NCBI RefSeq assembly: GCF_044704955.1
Contig: NC_092006.1
Coordinates: 5,084,001-5,148,000 of the forward strand
Direction of reading: 5' to 3'
Source of the DNA: Pristiophorus japonicus
Taxonomy: Eukaryota
Length of the DNA: 64,000 nucleotides
Under the pieces are notes generated by a model that saw only the letters and a list, made by a program, of their open reading frames with translations, had not been told where the DNA came from and ran no database searches. Position 1 is the stretch's first letter; every line of letters starts with the position of its first letter. Positions 10,068 through 22,612 of this stretch are shown in pieces. The translations under genes were made by a program, and so were the position numbers.

Positions 10068-12721
10068 GTAAGACTTGCATTTATATAGTGCCTTTCACGA
10101 CCACCGGACATCCCAAAGCGCTTTACAGCCAATGAAGTACTTTTCGGAGTGTGGTCACTGTTGTATTGTGGGAAACACAGCAGCCAATTTACGCACAGCA
10201 AGCTCCCACACACAGCAATGTGATAATGACTCAGAACATCTGTTTTACTGATGTTGGCCGAGGGATAAATATTGGCCCCAGGACACCGGGGAGAACTCCC
10301 CCTGCTCTTCTTCGAAATAGTTCTGTGGAATCTTTTACGTCCGCTTGAGAGGGCAGACGTGGCCTCGGTTTAATGTCTCATCTAAAAGACAGCACCTCTG
10401 ATAGTGCTGCGCTCCCTCAGTCCTACCCCTCCGACAGTGCGGCGCTCCCTCAGTACCGCCCCTCCGACAGTGTGGCGCTCCCTCAGTACCGACCCTCCGA
10501 CAGTGTGGCGCTCCCTCAGTACCGACCCTCCGACAGTACGGCGCTCCCTCAGTACCGACCCTCCGACAGTGCGGCGCTCCCTCAGTACTGCCCCTCCGAC
10601 AGTGCGGCGTTCCCTCAGTACTGCCCCTATGACAGTGCGGCACTCCCTCAGTACTGCCCCTCCGACAGTGCGACGCTCCCTCAGTACTGCCCCTCCGACA
10701 GTGCGATGCTCCCTCAGTACTGCCCCTCTGACAGTGCGGCGCTCCCTCTACTGCCCCTCCGACAGTGCGACGCTCCCTCAGTACTGCCCCTCCGACAGTG
10801 CGACGCTCCCTCAGTACTGCCCCTCCGACAGTGCGGCGCTCCCTCAGTACTGCCCCTCTGACAGTGCGGTGCTCCCTCAGTACTGCCCCTCTGACAGTGC
10901 GGTGCTCCCTCAGTACCGCCCCTCCGACAGTGCGGTGCTCCCTCAGTACTGCCCCTCCGACAGCGCGGTGCTCCCTCAGTACCGCCCCTCCGACAGCGCG
11001 GTGCTCCCTCAGTACTGGCCCTCTGACAGTGTGGCACTCCCTCAGTACTGCCCCTCCGACAGTGCGACGCTCCCTCAGTACCGCTCCTCCGACAGTGCGG
11101 CACTCCCTCAATATTGCCCCTCTGACAGTGCGGCGCTCCCTCGGTACTGCCCCTCCGACAGCGCGGTGCTCCCTCAGTACCGCCCCTCCGACAGCGCGAG
11201 GCTCCCTCAGTACTGCCCCTCCGACGGTGCGGTGCTCCCTCAGTACTGCCCCTCCGACAGTGCGGCGTTCCCTCAGTACTGCCCCTATGACAGTGCGGCA
11301 CTCCCTCAGTACTGCCCCTCCGACAGTGCGACGCTCCCTCAGTACTGCCCCTCCGACAGTGCGATGCTCCCTCAGTACTGCCCCTCTGACAGTGCGGCGC
11401 TCCCTCTACTGCCCCTCCGACAGTGCGACGCTCCCTCAGTACTGCCCCTCCGACAGTGCGACGCTCCCTCAGTACTGCCCCTCCGACAGTGCGGCGCTCC
11501 CTCAGTACTGCCCCTCTGACAGTGCGGTGCTCCCTCAGTACTGCCCCTCTGACAGTGCGGTGCTCCCTCAGTACCGCCCCTCCGACAGTGCGGTGCTCCC
11601 TCAGTACTGCCCCTCCGACAGCGCGGTGCTCCCTCAGTACCGCCCCTCCGACAGCGCGGTGCTCCCTCAGTACTGGCCCTCTGACAGTGTGGCACTCCCT
11701 CAGTACTGCCCCTCCGACAGTGCGACGCTCCCTCAGTACCGCTCCTCCGACAGTGCGGCACTCCCTCAATACTGCCCCTCTGACAGTGCGGCGCTCCCTC
11801 GGTACTGCCCCTCCGACAGCGCGGTGCTCCCTCAGTACCGCCCCTCCGACAGCGCGAGGCTCCCTCAGTACTGCCCCTCCGACGGTGCGGTGCTCCCTCA
11901 GTACTGCCCCTCCAACAGCGCGGTGCTCCCTCAGTACCGCGCCTCCGACAGTGCGATGCTTCCTTATTACTGCCCCTCTGACAGTGCGGCGCTGCCTCTA
12001 CTGCCCCTCCGACACTGCGATGCTCCCTCAGTACTGCCCCTCCGACAGTGCGACGCTCCCTCAGTACTGCCCCTCCGACAGTGCGGCGCTCCCTCAGTAC
12101 TGCCCCTCTGACAGTGCGGTGCTCCCTCAGTACCGCCCCTCCGACAGTGCGGTGCTCCCTCAGTACCGCCCCTCCGACAGTGCGGTGCTCCGTCAGTACT
12201 GCCCCTCCGACAGTGCGGTGCTCCCTCAGTACCGCCCCTCCGACAGCGCGTTGCTCCCTCAGTACTGCCCCTCTGGCAGTGTGGCACTCCCTCAGTACTG
12301 CCCCTCCGACAGTGCGACGCTCCCTCAGTACTGCCCCTCCGACAGTGCGGCACTCCCTCAGTACTGCCCCTCTTACAGTGCAGCGCTCCCTCAGTACTGC
12401 CCCTCCGACAGCGCGGTGCTCCCTCAGTACCGCCCCTCCGACAGCGCGGGGCTCCCTTAGTACTGCTCCTCCGACAGTGCGGTGCTCCCTCAGTACTGCC
12501 CCTCCGACAGCGCGGTGCTCCCTCAGTACCGCCCCTCCGACAGCGCGATGCTCCCTCAGTACTGCCCCTCCGACAGCGCAGGGCTCCCTCAGTACCGCCC
12601 CTCCAACAGCGCGGTGCTCCCTCAGTATTGCCCCTCCGACAGTGCGGCGCTCCCTCAGTACTACCCCTCCGACAGTGCGGCGCTCCCTCAGTACTGCCCC
12701 TCCGACAGCGCGGTGCTCCCA
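10068..12721 (-). mobile_element. SacSINE1/DeuSINE-like SINE carrying an expanded 33-bp minisatellite (ccctcagtactgcccctccgacagtgcggcgct)n, about 70 units
   Basis: SINE tail and central domain at 10068-10395, then tandem 33-mers to 12721. Confidence 0.9.
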
Positions 12722-15700
12722 CAGCTCTCTGGGGCAGCGAATTCCACAGATTTACAACCCTCGGAGAGAAGAAATTCCTCCTCATCTCAGTTTTAAATGG
12801 GCGGCCCCTTATTCTAAGACCATGCCCCCTAGTTCTAGTCTCCCCCATCAGTGGAAACATCCTCTCTGCATCCACCTTGTCGAGCCCCCTCATTATCTTA
12901 TACGTTTTGATAAGATTACCTCTCATTTTTCTGAACTGCAATGAGTAGAGGCCCAACCTCCTCAAACAATCCACATAAGACAACCCCCTCATCTCTGGAA
13001 TCAACCGAGTGAACCTTCTTTGAGCTGCCTCCAAAGCAAGTGTATCCTTCCTTAAATACGGAGACCAAAACTGCATGCAGTACTCCAGGTGTGGCCTCAC
13101 CAATACCCTGTACAGTTGTAGCAGGACTTCCCTGCTTTTATACTCCATCCCCCTTTGCAATAAAGGCCAAGATTCCATTGGCCTTCCTGATCACTTGCTG
13201 TACCTGCATACTAACTTTTTGTGTTTCATGCACAAGGACCCCCAGGTCCCGCTGTACTGCAGCACTTTGCAATCTTTCTCCATTTAAATTATAATTTGCT
13301 TTTCTATTATTTCTGCCATTTTCCCACATTATACTCCATCTGCCAAATGTTTACCCATTCACTTAGCTTGTCTATATCCCTTTGCAGATTTTTTTGTGTC
13401 CTCCTCACAATTTGCTTTCCCACCCATCTTTGTATCATCAGCAAACTTGGCTACATTACACTCAGTCCCTTCACCCAAGTCATTTATATAGATTGTAAAT
13501 AGTTGAGGCCCCAGCACTGATCCCTGTGGCACCCCACTGGTTACTGTTTGCCAACCGGAAAATGACCCATTTATCCCGACTCTCTGTTTTCTGTTAGTTA
13601 GCCAATCCTCTATCCATGCTAATATATTACCCCCAACCCCGTGAGCTTTTATCTTGTGCAGTAACCTTTTATGTGGCACCTTGTCGAATGCCTTCTGGAA
13701 ATCCAAATACACCACATCCACTGGTTCCCCCTTATCTACCCTGCTTATTAAGGGAATCGAGGGATATGGGGATCGGGTGGGAAAGTGTTGAGGTAGAAGA
13801 TGTGGTGTATTTGGACTTCCAGAAGGCATTTGACAAGATGCCACATGAAAGGTTACTGCACAAGATAAAAGTTCACGGGGTTGGGGGTAATATATTAGCA
13901 TGGATAGAGGATTGGCTAACTAACAGAGAACAGAGAGTCGGGATAAATGGTTCGTTCTCAGGTTGGCAATCAGTAACTAGTGGAGTGCCGCAGGGATCAG
14001 TGCTGGGACCCCAACTATTTACAATCTATATTAACGACTTGGAAGAAGGGACCGAGTGTAACGTAGCCAAGTTTGCTGATGATACAAAGATGGGAGGAAA
14101 AGCAATGTGTGAGGAGGACACACAAAATCTGCAAAAGGACATCGACAGGCTAAGTGAGCCCACTAGTTACTGATTGCCGACCCGAGAATGACCCATTTAT
14201 CCCGACTCTCTGTTTTCTGTTAGTTCGCCAATCCTCTATCTATGCTAATATATTACCCCCAACCCCGTGAACTTTTATCTTGTGCAGTAACCAAGTCGGG
14301 ATGGTGTGTGACTGGGAGGGGAATGTGGAGGTGGTGGTGTTCCCATGCGCCTGCTGCCCTTGTCCTTCTAGCGGGTAGAGGTCGTGGGTTTGGGAGGTGC
14401 TGCCGAAGAAGCCTTGGCGAGTTGCGGCGGTGCATCTTGTAGACGGTGCACACTGCAGCCACGGTGTGCCGGTGGTGGAGGGAGTGAGTGTTGAAATTGC
14501 AACTCGATATCATACAAGCACAGAAATTTACAGCACGGAAGGAGGCCATTTTGGCCCATCGTGTCCACGCCGGCTGACAAAGAGCCACCCAGCCTAATCC
14601 CACTTTCCAGCTCTCGGTCCGTAGCCCTGTAGGTTACGGAACTTCAGGTGCACATCCAAATGTGGTGAGGGTTTCTGCCTCTACCACCCTTTCAGGCAAC
14701 GAGTTCCACCCCAGACCCCCACCACCCTCTGGGTTAAGAAATTTCCCCTCAAATCCCCTCTAAACCTCCCCCCAATTACTTTCAATCTACCTCCCCTGGT
14801 TGTTGACCCCTCTGCCAAGGGAAACAGGTCCAACCTATCCACTCTATCCAGGCTCCTCATCATTTTATACACCTCAATCAGGTCTCCTCTTAGCCTCCTC
14901 TGTTTCAAAGAAAACAACCCCAGCCTATCCAATCTTTTCTCATCGCTAAAATTCTCCAGTCCAGGCAACATCCTGGTAAATCTCCTCTGCACCCTCTCCA
15001 GTGCAATCACATCGTTCCTGTAATGTGGTGACCAGAACTGCATGCAGTACTCCAGCTGTGCCCTAACCAGTGCTTTATACAGTTCAAGCATAACCTCCCT
15101 GCTCTTGTATTCCATGCCTCGACTAATAAAGGCAAGTATTCCGTATGCCTTCTTAACCACCTTATCCCGGTACAGCGAGACCTAGGGTTACTTGTGCATG
15201 AAACACAAAAAGTTAGTATGCAGGTACAGCAAGTGATCAGGAAGGCCAATGGAATCTTGGCCTTTATTGCAATGGGGATGAAGTATAAAAGCAGGGAAGT
15301 CTTGCTACAGCTATATAAGGTATTAGTGAGGCCACACCTGAAATACTGCGTGCAGTTTTGGTTTCCATATTTATGAAAGGATATACTTGCTTTGGAGGCA
15401 GTTCAGAGAAGGTTCACAAGGTTGATTCCGGGGATGAGGGGGTTGACTTATGAGGAAAGGTTGAGTAGGTTGGGCCTCTACTCATTGGAATTCAGAAGAA
15501 TGAGAGGTGATCTTATCGAAACGTATAAGATTATGAGGGGGCTTGACAAGGTGGATGCAGAGAGGATGTTTCCACTGATGGGGGAGACTAGAACTAGAGG
15601 GCATGATCTTAGAATAAGGGGCCGTCCATTTAAAACTGAGATGAGGAGGAATTTCTTCTCTCAGAGGTTGTAAATCTGTGGAATTCGCTGCCTCAGAGAG

Positions 15701-15833
15701 CTGTGGAAGCCGGGACATTGAATAAATTTAAGACAGAGATAGACAGTTTCTTAAATGATAAGGGGATAAAAGTGCGGGCAGGGAAGTGGAGCTGAGTCCA
15801 TGATCAGATCAGCCGTGATCTTATTAAATGGCG
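12722..15833. mobile_element. Nested cluster of CR1 fragments in alternating orientation plus a second LINE-family fragment (14292-14492)
   Basis: RT motifs on both strands (ORFs 13359-13901 on -, 13616-14173 on +); ORF2 C-termini at 14681-15160 (-) and 15194-15673 (+). Confidence 0.88.
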
Positions 15834-17721
15834 CACACAGCAATGTGATAATGACCCGGATCATCTGTTTTAGTGATGTTGGTTGAGGGATAAATATTGG
15901 CCCCAGGACACCGGGGAGAACTCCCCCTGCTCTTCTTCCAATAGTGGCCCCGGGATCTTTTACATCCACCCGAGAGGGCAGACGGGGCCTCAGTTTAACG
16001 TCTCATCCGAAAGACGACACCTCCGACAGTGCGGTGCTCCCACAGTACTGCTCCTCAGACAGTGCGGCACTCCCTCAGTACTGCCCCTCCAACAGTGCGG
16101 CGCTCCCTCAGTACTGCCTCACCGACAGTGCGGCGCTCCCTCAGTTCTGCCCCTCCAACAGTGCGGTGCTCCCTCAGTACTGCCCCTATGACAGTGCGGC
16201 GCTCCCTCAGTACTGCCTCACCGACAGTGCGGCGCTCCCTCAGTTCTGCCCCTCCAACAGTGCGGTGCTCCCTCAGTACTGCCCCTATGACAGTGCGGCA
16301 CTCCCTCAGTACTGCCCCTCCGACAGTGCGACGCTCCCTCAGTACTGCCCCTCCGACAGTGCGATGCTCCCTCAGTACTGCCCCTCTGACAGTGCGGCGC
16401 TCCCTCTACTGCCCCTCCGACAGTGCGACGCTCCCTCAGTACTGCCCCTCCGACAGTGCGACGCTCCCTCAGTACTGCCCCTCCGACAGTGCGGCGCTCC
16501 CTCAGTACTGCCCCTCTGACAGTGCGGTGCTCCCTCAGTACTGCCCCTCTGACAGTGCGGTGCTCCCTCAGTACCGCCCCTCCGACAGTGCGGTGCTCCC
16601 TCAGTACTGCCCCTCCGACAGCGCGGTGCTCCCTCAGTACCGCCCCTCCGACAGCGCGGTGCTCCCTCAGTACTGGCCCTCTGACAGTGTGGCACTCCCT
16701 CAGTACTGCCCCTCCGACAGTGCGACGCTCCCTCAGTACCGCTCCTCCGACAGTGCGGCACTCCCTCAATACTGCCCCTCTGACAGTGCGGCGCTCCCTC
16801 GGTACTGCCCCTCCGACAGCGCGGTGCTCCCTCAGTACCGCCCCTCCGACAGCGCGAGGCTCCCTCAGTACTGCCCCTCCGACGGTGCGGTGCTCCCTCA
16901 GTACTGCCCCTCCAACAGCGCGGTGCTCCCTCAGTACCGCGCCTCCGACAGTGCGATGCTTCCTTATTACTGCCCCTCTGACAGTGCGGCGCTGCCTCTA
17001 CTGCCCCTCCGACACTGCGATGCTCCCTCAGTACTGCCCCTCCGACAGTGCGACGCTCCCTCAGTACTGCCCCTCCGACAGTGCGGCGCTCCCTCAGTAC
17101 TGCCCCTCTGACAGTGCGGTGCTCCCTCAGTACCGCCCCTCCGACAGTGCGGTGCTCCCTCAGTACCGCCCCTCCGACAGTGCGGTGCTCCGTCAGTACT
17201 GCCCCTCCGACAGTGCGGTGCTCCCTCAGTACCGCCCCTCCGACAGCGCGTTGCTCCCTCAGTACTGCCCCTCTGGCAGTGTGGCACTCCCTCAGTACTG
17301 CCCCTCCGACAGTGCGACGCTCCCTCAGTACTGCCCCTCCGACAGTGCGGCACTCCCTCAGTACTGCCCCTCTTACAGTGCAGCGCTCCCTCAGTACTGC
17401 CCCTCCGACAGCGCGGTGCTCCCTCAGTACCGCCCCTCCGACAGCGCGGGGCTCCCTTAGTACTGCTCCTCCGACAGTGCGGTGCTCCCTCAGTACTGCC
17501 CCTCCGACAGCGCGGTGCTCCCTCAGTACCGCCCCTCCGACAGCGCGATGCTCCCTCAGTACTGCCCCTCCGACAGCGCAGGGCTCCCTCAGTACCGCCC
17601 CTCCAACAGCGCGGTGCTCCCTCAGTATTGCCCCTCCGACAGTGCGGCGCTCCCTCAGTACTACCCCTCCGACAGTGCGGCGCTCCCTCAGTACTGCCCC
17701 TCCGACAGCGCGGTGCTCCCA
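15834..17721 (-). mobile_element. Hybrid SINE with 33-bp minisatellite array
   Basis: 15834-16190 matches the SINE at 22125-22480; 16270 onward matches the array at 11270 onward. Confidence 0.85.
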
Positions 17722-20700
17722 CAGCTCTCTGGGGCAGCGAATTCCACAGATTTACAACCCTCGGAGAGAAGAAATTCCTCCTCATCTCAGTTTTAAATGG
17801 GCGGCCCCTTATTCTAAGACCATGCCCCCTAGTTCTAGTCTCCCCCATCAGTGGAAACATCCTCTCTGCATCCACCTTGTCGAGCCCCCTCATTATCTTA
17901 TACGTTTTGATAAGATTACCTCTCATTTTTCTGAACTGCAATGAGTAGAGGCCCAACCTCCTCAAACAATCCACATAAGACAACCCCCTCATCTCTGGAA
18001 TCAACCGAGTGAACCTTCTTTGAGCTGCCTCCAAAGCAAGTGTATCCTTCCTTAAATACGGAGACCAAAACTGCATGCAGTACTCCAGGTGTGGCCTCAC
18101 CAATACCCTGTACAGTTGTAGCAGGACTTCCCTGCTTTTATACTCCATCCCCCTTTGCAATAAAGGCCAAGATTCCATTGGCCTTCCTGATCACTTGCTG
18201 TACCTGCATACTAACTTTTTGTGTTTCATGCACAAGGACCCCCAGGTCCCGCTGTACTGCAGCACTTTGCAATCTTTCTCCATTTAAATTATAATTTGCT
18301 TTTCTATTATTTCTGCCATTTTCCCACATTATACTCCATCTGCCAAATGTTTACCCATTCACTTAGCCTGTCTATATCCCTTTGCAGATTTTTTTGTGTC
18401 CTCCTCACAATTTGCTTTCCCACCCATCTTTGTATCATCAGCAAACTTGGCTACATTACACTCAGTCCCTTCACCCAAGTCATTTATATAGATTGTAAAT
18501 AGTTGAGGCCCCAGCACTGATCCCTGTGGCACCCCACTGGTTACTGTTTGCCAACCGGAAAATGACCCATTTATCCCGACTCTCTGTTTTCTGTTAGTTA
18601 GCCAATCCTCTATCCATGCTAATATATTACCCCCAACCCCGTGAGCTTTTATCTTGTGCAGTAACCTTTTATGTGGCACCTTGTCGAATGCCTTCTGGAA
18701 ATCCAAATACACCACATCCACTGGTTCCCCCTTATCTACCCTGCTTATTAAGGGAATCGAGGGATATGGGGATCGGGTGGGAAAGTGTTGAGGTAGAAGA
18801 TGTGGTGTATTTGGACTTCCAGAAGGCATTTGACAAGATGCCACATGAAAGGTTACTGCACAAGATAAAAGTTCACGGGGTTGGGGGTAATATATTAGCA
18901 TGGATAGAGGATTGGCTAACTAACAGAGAACAGAGAGTCGGGATAAATGGTTCGTTCTCAGGTTGGCAATCAGTAACTAGTGGAGTGCCGCAGGGATCAG
19001 TGCTGGGACCCCAACTATTTACAATCTATATTAACGACTTGGAAGAAGGGACCGAGTGTAACGTAGCCAAGTTTGCTGATGATACAAAGATGGGAGGAAA
19101 AGCAATGTGTGAGGAGGACACACAAAATCTGCAAAAGGACATCGACAGGCTAAGTGAGCCCACTAGTTACTGATTGCCGACCCGAGAATGACCCATTTAT
19201 CCCGACTCTCTGTTTTCTGTTAGTTAGCCAATCCTCTATCTATGCTAATATATTACCCTCAACCCCGTGAACTTTTATCTTGTGCAGTAACCAAGTCGGG
19301 ATGGTGTGTGACTGGGAGGGGAATGTGGAGGTGGTGGTGTTCCCATGCGCCTGCTGCCCTTGTCCTTCTAGCGGGTAGAGGTCGTGGGTTTGGGAGGTGC
19401 TGCCGAAGAAGCCTTGGCGAGTTGCGGCGGTGCATCTTGTAGACGGTGCACACTGCAGCCACGGTGTGCCGGTGGTGGAGGGAGTGAGTGTTGAAATTGC
19501 AACTCGATATCATACAAGCACAGAAATTTACAGCACGGAAGGAGGCCATTTTGGCCCATCGTGTCCACGCCGGCTGACAAAGAGCCACCCAGCCTAATCC
19601 CACTTTCCAGCTCTCGGTCCGTAGCCCTGTAGGTTACGGAACTTCAGGTGCACATCCAAATGTGGTGAGGGTTTCTGCCTCTACCACCCTTTCAGGCAAC
19701 GAGTTCCACCCCAGACCCCCACCACCCTCTGGGTTAAGAAATTTCCCCTCAAATCCCCTCTAAACCTCCCCCCAATTACTTTCAATCTACCTCCCCTGGT
19801 TGTTGACCCCTCTGCCAAGGGAAACAGGTCCAACCTATCCACTCTATCCAGGCTCCTCATCATTTTATACACCTCAATCAGGTCTCCTCTTAGCCTCCTC
19901 TGTTTCAAAGAAAACAACCCCAGCCTATCCAATCTTTTCTCATCGCTAAAATTCTCCAGTCCAGGCAACATCCTGGTAAATCTCCTCTGCACCCTCTCCA
20001 GTGCAATCACATCGTTCCTGTAATGTGGTGACCAGAACTGCATGCAGTACTCCAGCTGTGCCCTAACCAGTGCTTTATACAGTTCAAGCATAACCTCCCT
20101 GCTCTTGTATTCCATGCCTCGACTAATAAAGGCAAGTATTCCGTATGCCTTCTTAACCACCTTATCCCGGTACAGCGAGACCTAGGGTTACTTGTGCATG
20201 AAACACAAAAAGTTAGTATGCAGGTACAGCAAGTGATCAGGAAGGCCAATGGAATCTTGGCCTTTATTGCAATGGGGATGAAGTATAAAAGCAGGGAAGT
20301 CTTGCTACAGCTATATAAGGTATTAGTGAGGCCACACCTGAAATACTGCGTGCAGTTTTGGTTTCCATATTTATGAAAGGATATACTTGCTTTGGAGGCA
20401 GTTCAGAGAAGGTTCACAAGGTTGATTCCGGGGATGAGGGGGTTGACTTATGAGGAAAGGTTGAGTAGGTTGGGCCTCTACTCATTGGAATTCAGAAGAA
20501 TGAGAGGTGATCTTATCGAAACGTATAAGATTATGAGGGGGTTTGACAAGGTGGATGCAGAGAGGATGTTTCCACTGATGGGGGTGACTAGAACTAGAGG
20601 GCATGATCTTAGAATAAGGGGCCACCCATTTAAAACTGAGATGAGGAGGAATTTCTTCTCTCAGAGGGTTGTAAATCTGTGGAATTCGCTGCCTCAGAGA

Positions 20701-21870
20701 GCTGTGGAAGCCGGGACATTGAATAAATTTAAGACAGAGATAGACAGTTTCTTAAATGATAAGGGGATAAAAGTGCGGGCAGGGAAGTGGAGCTGAGTCC
20801 ATGATCAGATCAGCCGTGATCTTATTAAATGGCGGAGCAGGCTCGAGGGGCCGTATGGCCTACTCCTGCTCCTATTTCTTATGTTCTTATCCACCTGGCC
20901 TGCTACCTTCAGGGATCTGTGGACCTGCACTCCAAGCTCCCTTTGTTCCTCTACACTCAGTGTCGTACCATTTAATGCGTATTCCCTTGCCTTGTTAGAC
21001 CTCCCCAAATGCATTACCTCACACTTCACCAGATTGAATTCTATTTGCCGCTGTCCTGCCCACCTGACCAGTTCATTTGGTGAGCCGCCTTCTTGAACCG
21101 CTGCAGTCCTTTTGGTGAAGGTACAGCCTTGACTTTATTGTAACTGTTTGGTTCAACTGCAGAGGGGCAGTTAACCACAGCCAACCACATGGACAAGCAA
21201 TTAAGAAATTAAGCAATTAAGAAGCAAATGGTCTGTCGGCCTTTATTGCAAGAGGATTTGAGTATAAGTGTAAAGACATCTTACTGCGGTTATATCGGGC
21301 CCTGGTGAGACCACACCTGGAGTACTGTGCACAGTTTGGGTCTCCTTACATAAGGAAGGATATACTTGCCATTGAGGGAGTGCAGCGAAGGTTCACCAGA
21401 CTGATTCCTGGGATGGAGGGATTGTCCTATGAGGAGAGATTGAGTAGACTGGGCTGATATTCTCTGGAGTTTAGAAGAATGAGAGGTGATCTCATTGAAA
21501 CATACCAGATTCTGAGGGGGCTTGACAGGGTAGATGCAGGGAGGGTGTTTCCCCCGGGCTGGGGAATCTAGAACCAGGCGTCACACAGTCTCAGGGTAAG
21601 GGGAAGGCCATTTAGGACTGAGATGAGGAGGAATTTCTTCACTCAGAGGGAGGTGAATCTTTGCAATTCTCTGCCCCAGAGGGCTGTGGAGGCTCAGTCG
21701 TTGAGTATATTCAAGGCTGAGATCGATAGATTTTTGAATATTAAGGGAATCGAGGGATCGGGCGGGAAAGTGGAGTTGAAGTCGAAGATCAGCCGTGATC
21801 TTATTGAATGGCGGAGCAGGCTCGAGGGGCCGAATGGCCGACTCTTGCTCCTATTTCTTATGTTCTTGTG
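17722..21870. mobile_element. Duplicate CR1 cluster plus further CR1 fragments (20890-21075 on -, 21220-21870 on +)
   Basis: Same ORFs as 12722-15833; additional ORF2 C-terminal fragments. Confidence 0.88.
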
Positions 21871-21991
21871 TTAAACATACCTCTTTGACAACCTGTCATA
21901 ATATCCCCTTATGTGGCTTGGTGTCAAATTTTGTGTCATTTACGCTCCTGTGAAGCACCTTCTCCATTAAAGGCGCTGTATAATTAAAATA

Positions 21992-22612
21992 TTGCATTTA
22001 TATAGCGTCTTTCATGACCATTGGGAGTCCCAAAGTGCTTTACTGTCAATGAAATACATTTGGAGTGCGGTCACGTTTGTAATGTGGGAAACACGGCAGA
22101 CAATTTGTGCACAGCAAGCTCCCACACACAGCAATGTGATAATGACCCGGATCATCTGTTTTAGTGATGTTGGTTGAGGGATAAATATTGGCCCCAGGAC
22201 ACCGGGGAGAACTCCCCCTGCTCTTCTTCCAATAGTGGCCCCGGGATCTTTTACATCCACCCGTGAGGGCAGATGGGGCCTCGGTTTAACGTCTCATCCG
22301 AAAGACGACAACTCCGACAGTGCGGTGCTCCCACAGTACTGCCCCTCAGACAGTGCGGCACTCCCTCAGTACTGCCCCTCCGACAGTGCGGCGCTCCCTC
22401 AGTACTGCCTCTCCGACAGTGCGGCGCTCCCTCAGTTCTGCCCCTCCAACAGTGCGGTGCTCCCTCAGTACTGCCCCTCCGACAGTGCGGCGCTCCCTCA
22501 GTCCCGCCCCTGTAACAGTGCGGCTCTCCCTCAGTACCGACCCTCCGACAGTGCGGCTCTCCATCAGTACCGCCCCTCCGACAGTGCGCCGCTCCCTCAG
22601 TACTATCCCTCT
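21992..22612 (-). mobile_element. SacSINE1/DeuSINE-like SINE with about 9 units of the 33-bp repeat, head missing
   Basis: Tail ttgcatttatatagcg…, central domain, then 33-mers. Confidence 0.85.

Larger units (their letters stand above)
11270..20834. repeat. Direct tandem segmental duplication (about 11270-15833 and 16270-20834), offset 5,000 bp
   Basis: Every ORF from 11372 to 15392 recurs at +5000. Only about 8 differences were seen by eye (e.g. 13368, 14226, 14259, 15542, a 1-nt indel near 15667). Confidence 0.96.

Noticed and set aside
10395-12721. CRISPR-like or RSS-like array (gacagtg resembles the heptamer cacagtg)
   Set aside because: No unique spacers, eukaryotic context, and the essential CAC and a correctly spaced nonamer are absent.
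10335-12944. Long ORFs (258-448 aa) of PSDSAALPQYC / RRGSTEGAPHC repeats, also at 16-18 kb, 22 kb, 54 kb and 62-63 kb
   Set aside because: Translations of a 33-bp (multiple of 3) SINE minisatellite that is open in several frames on both strands; no evidence of a protein.
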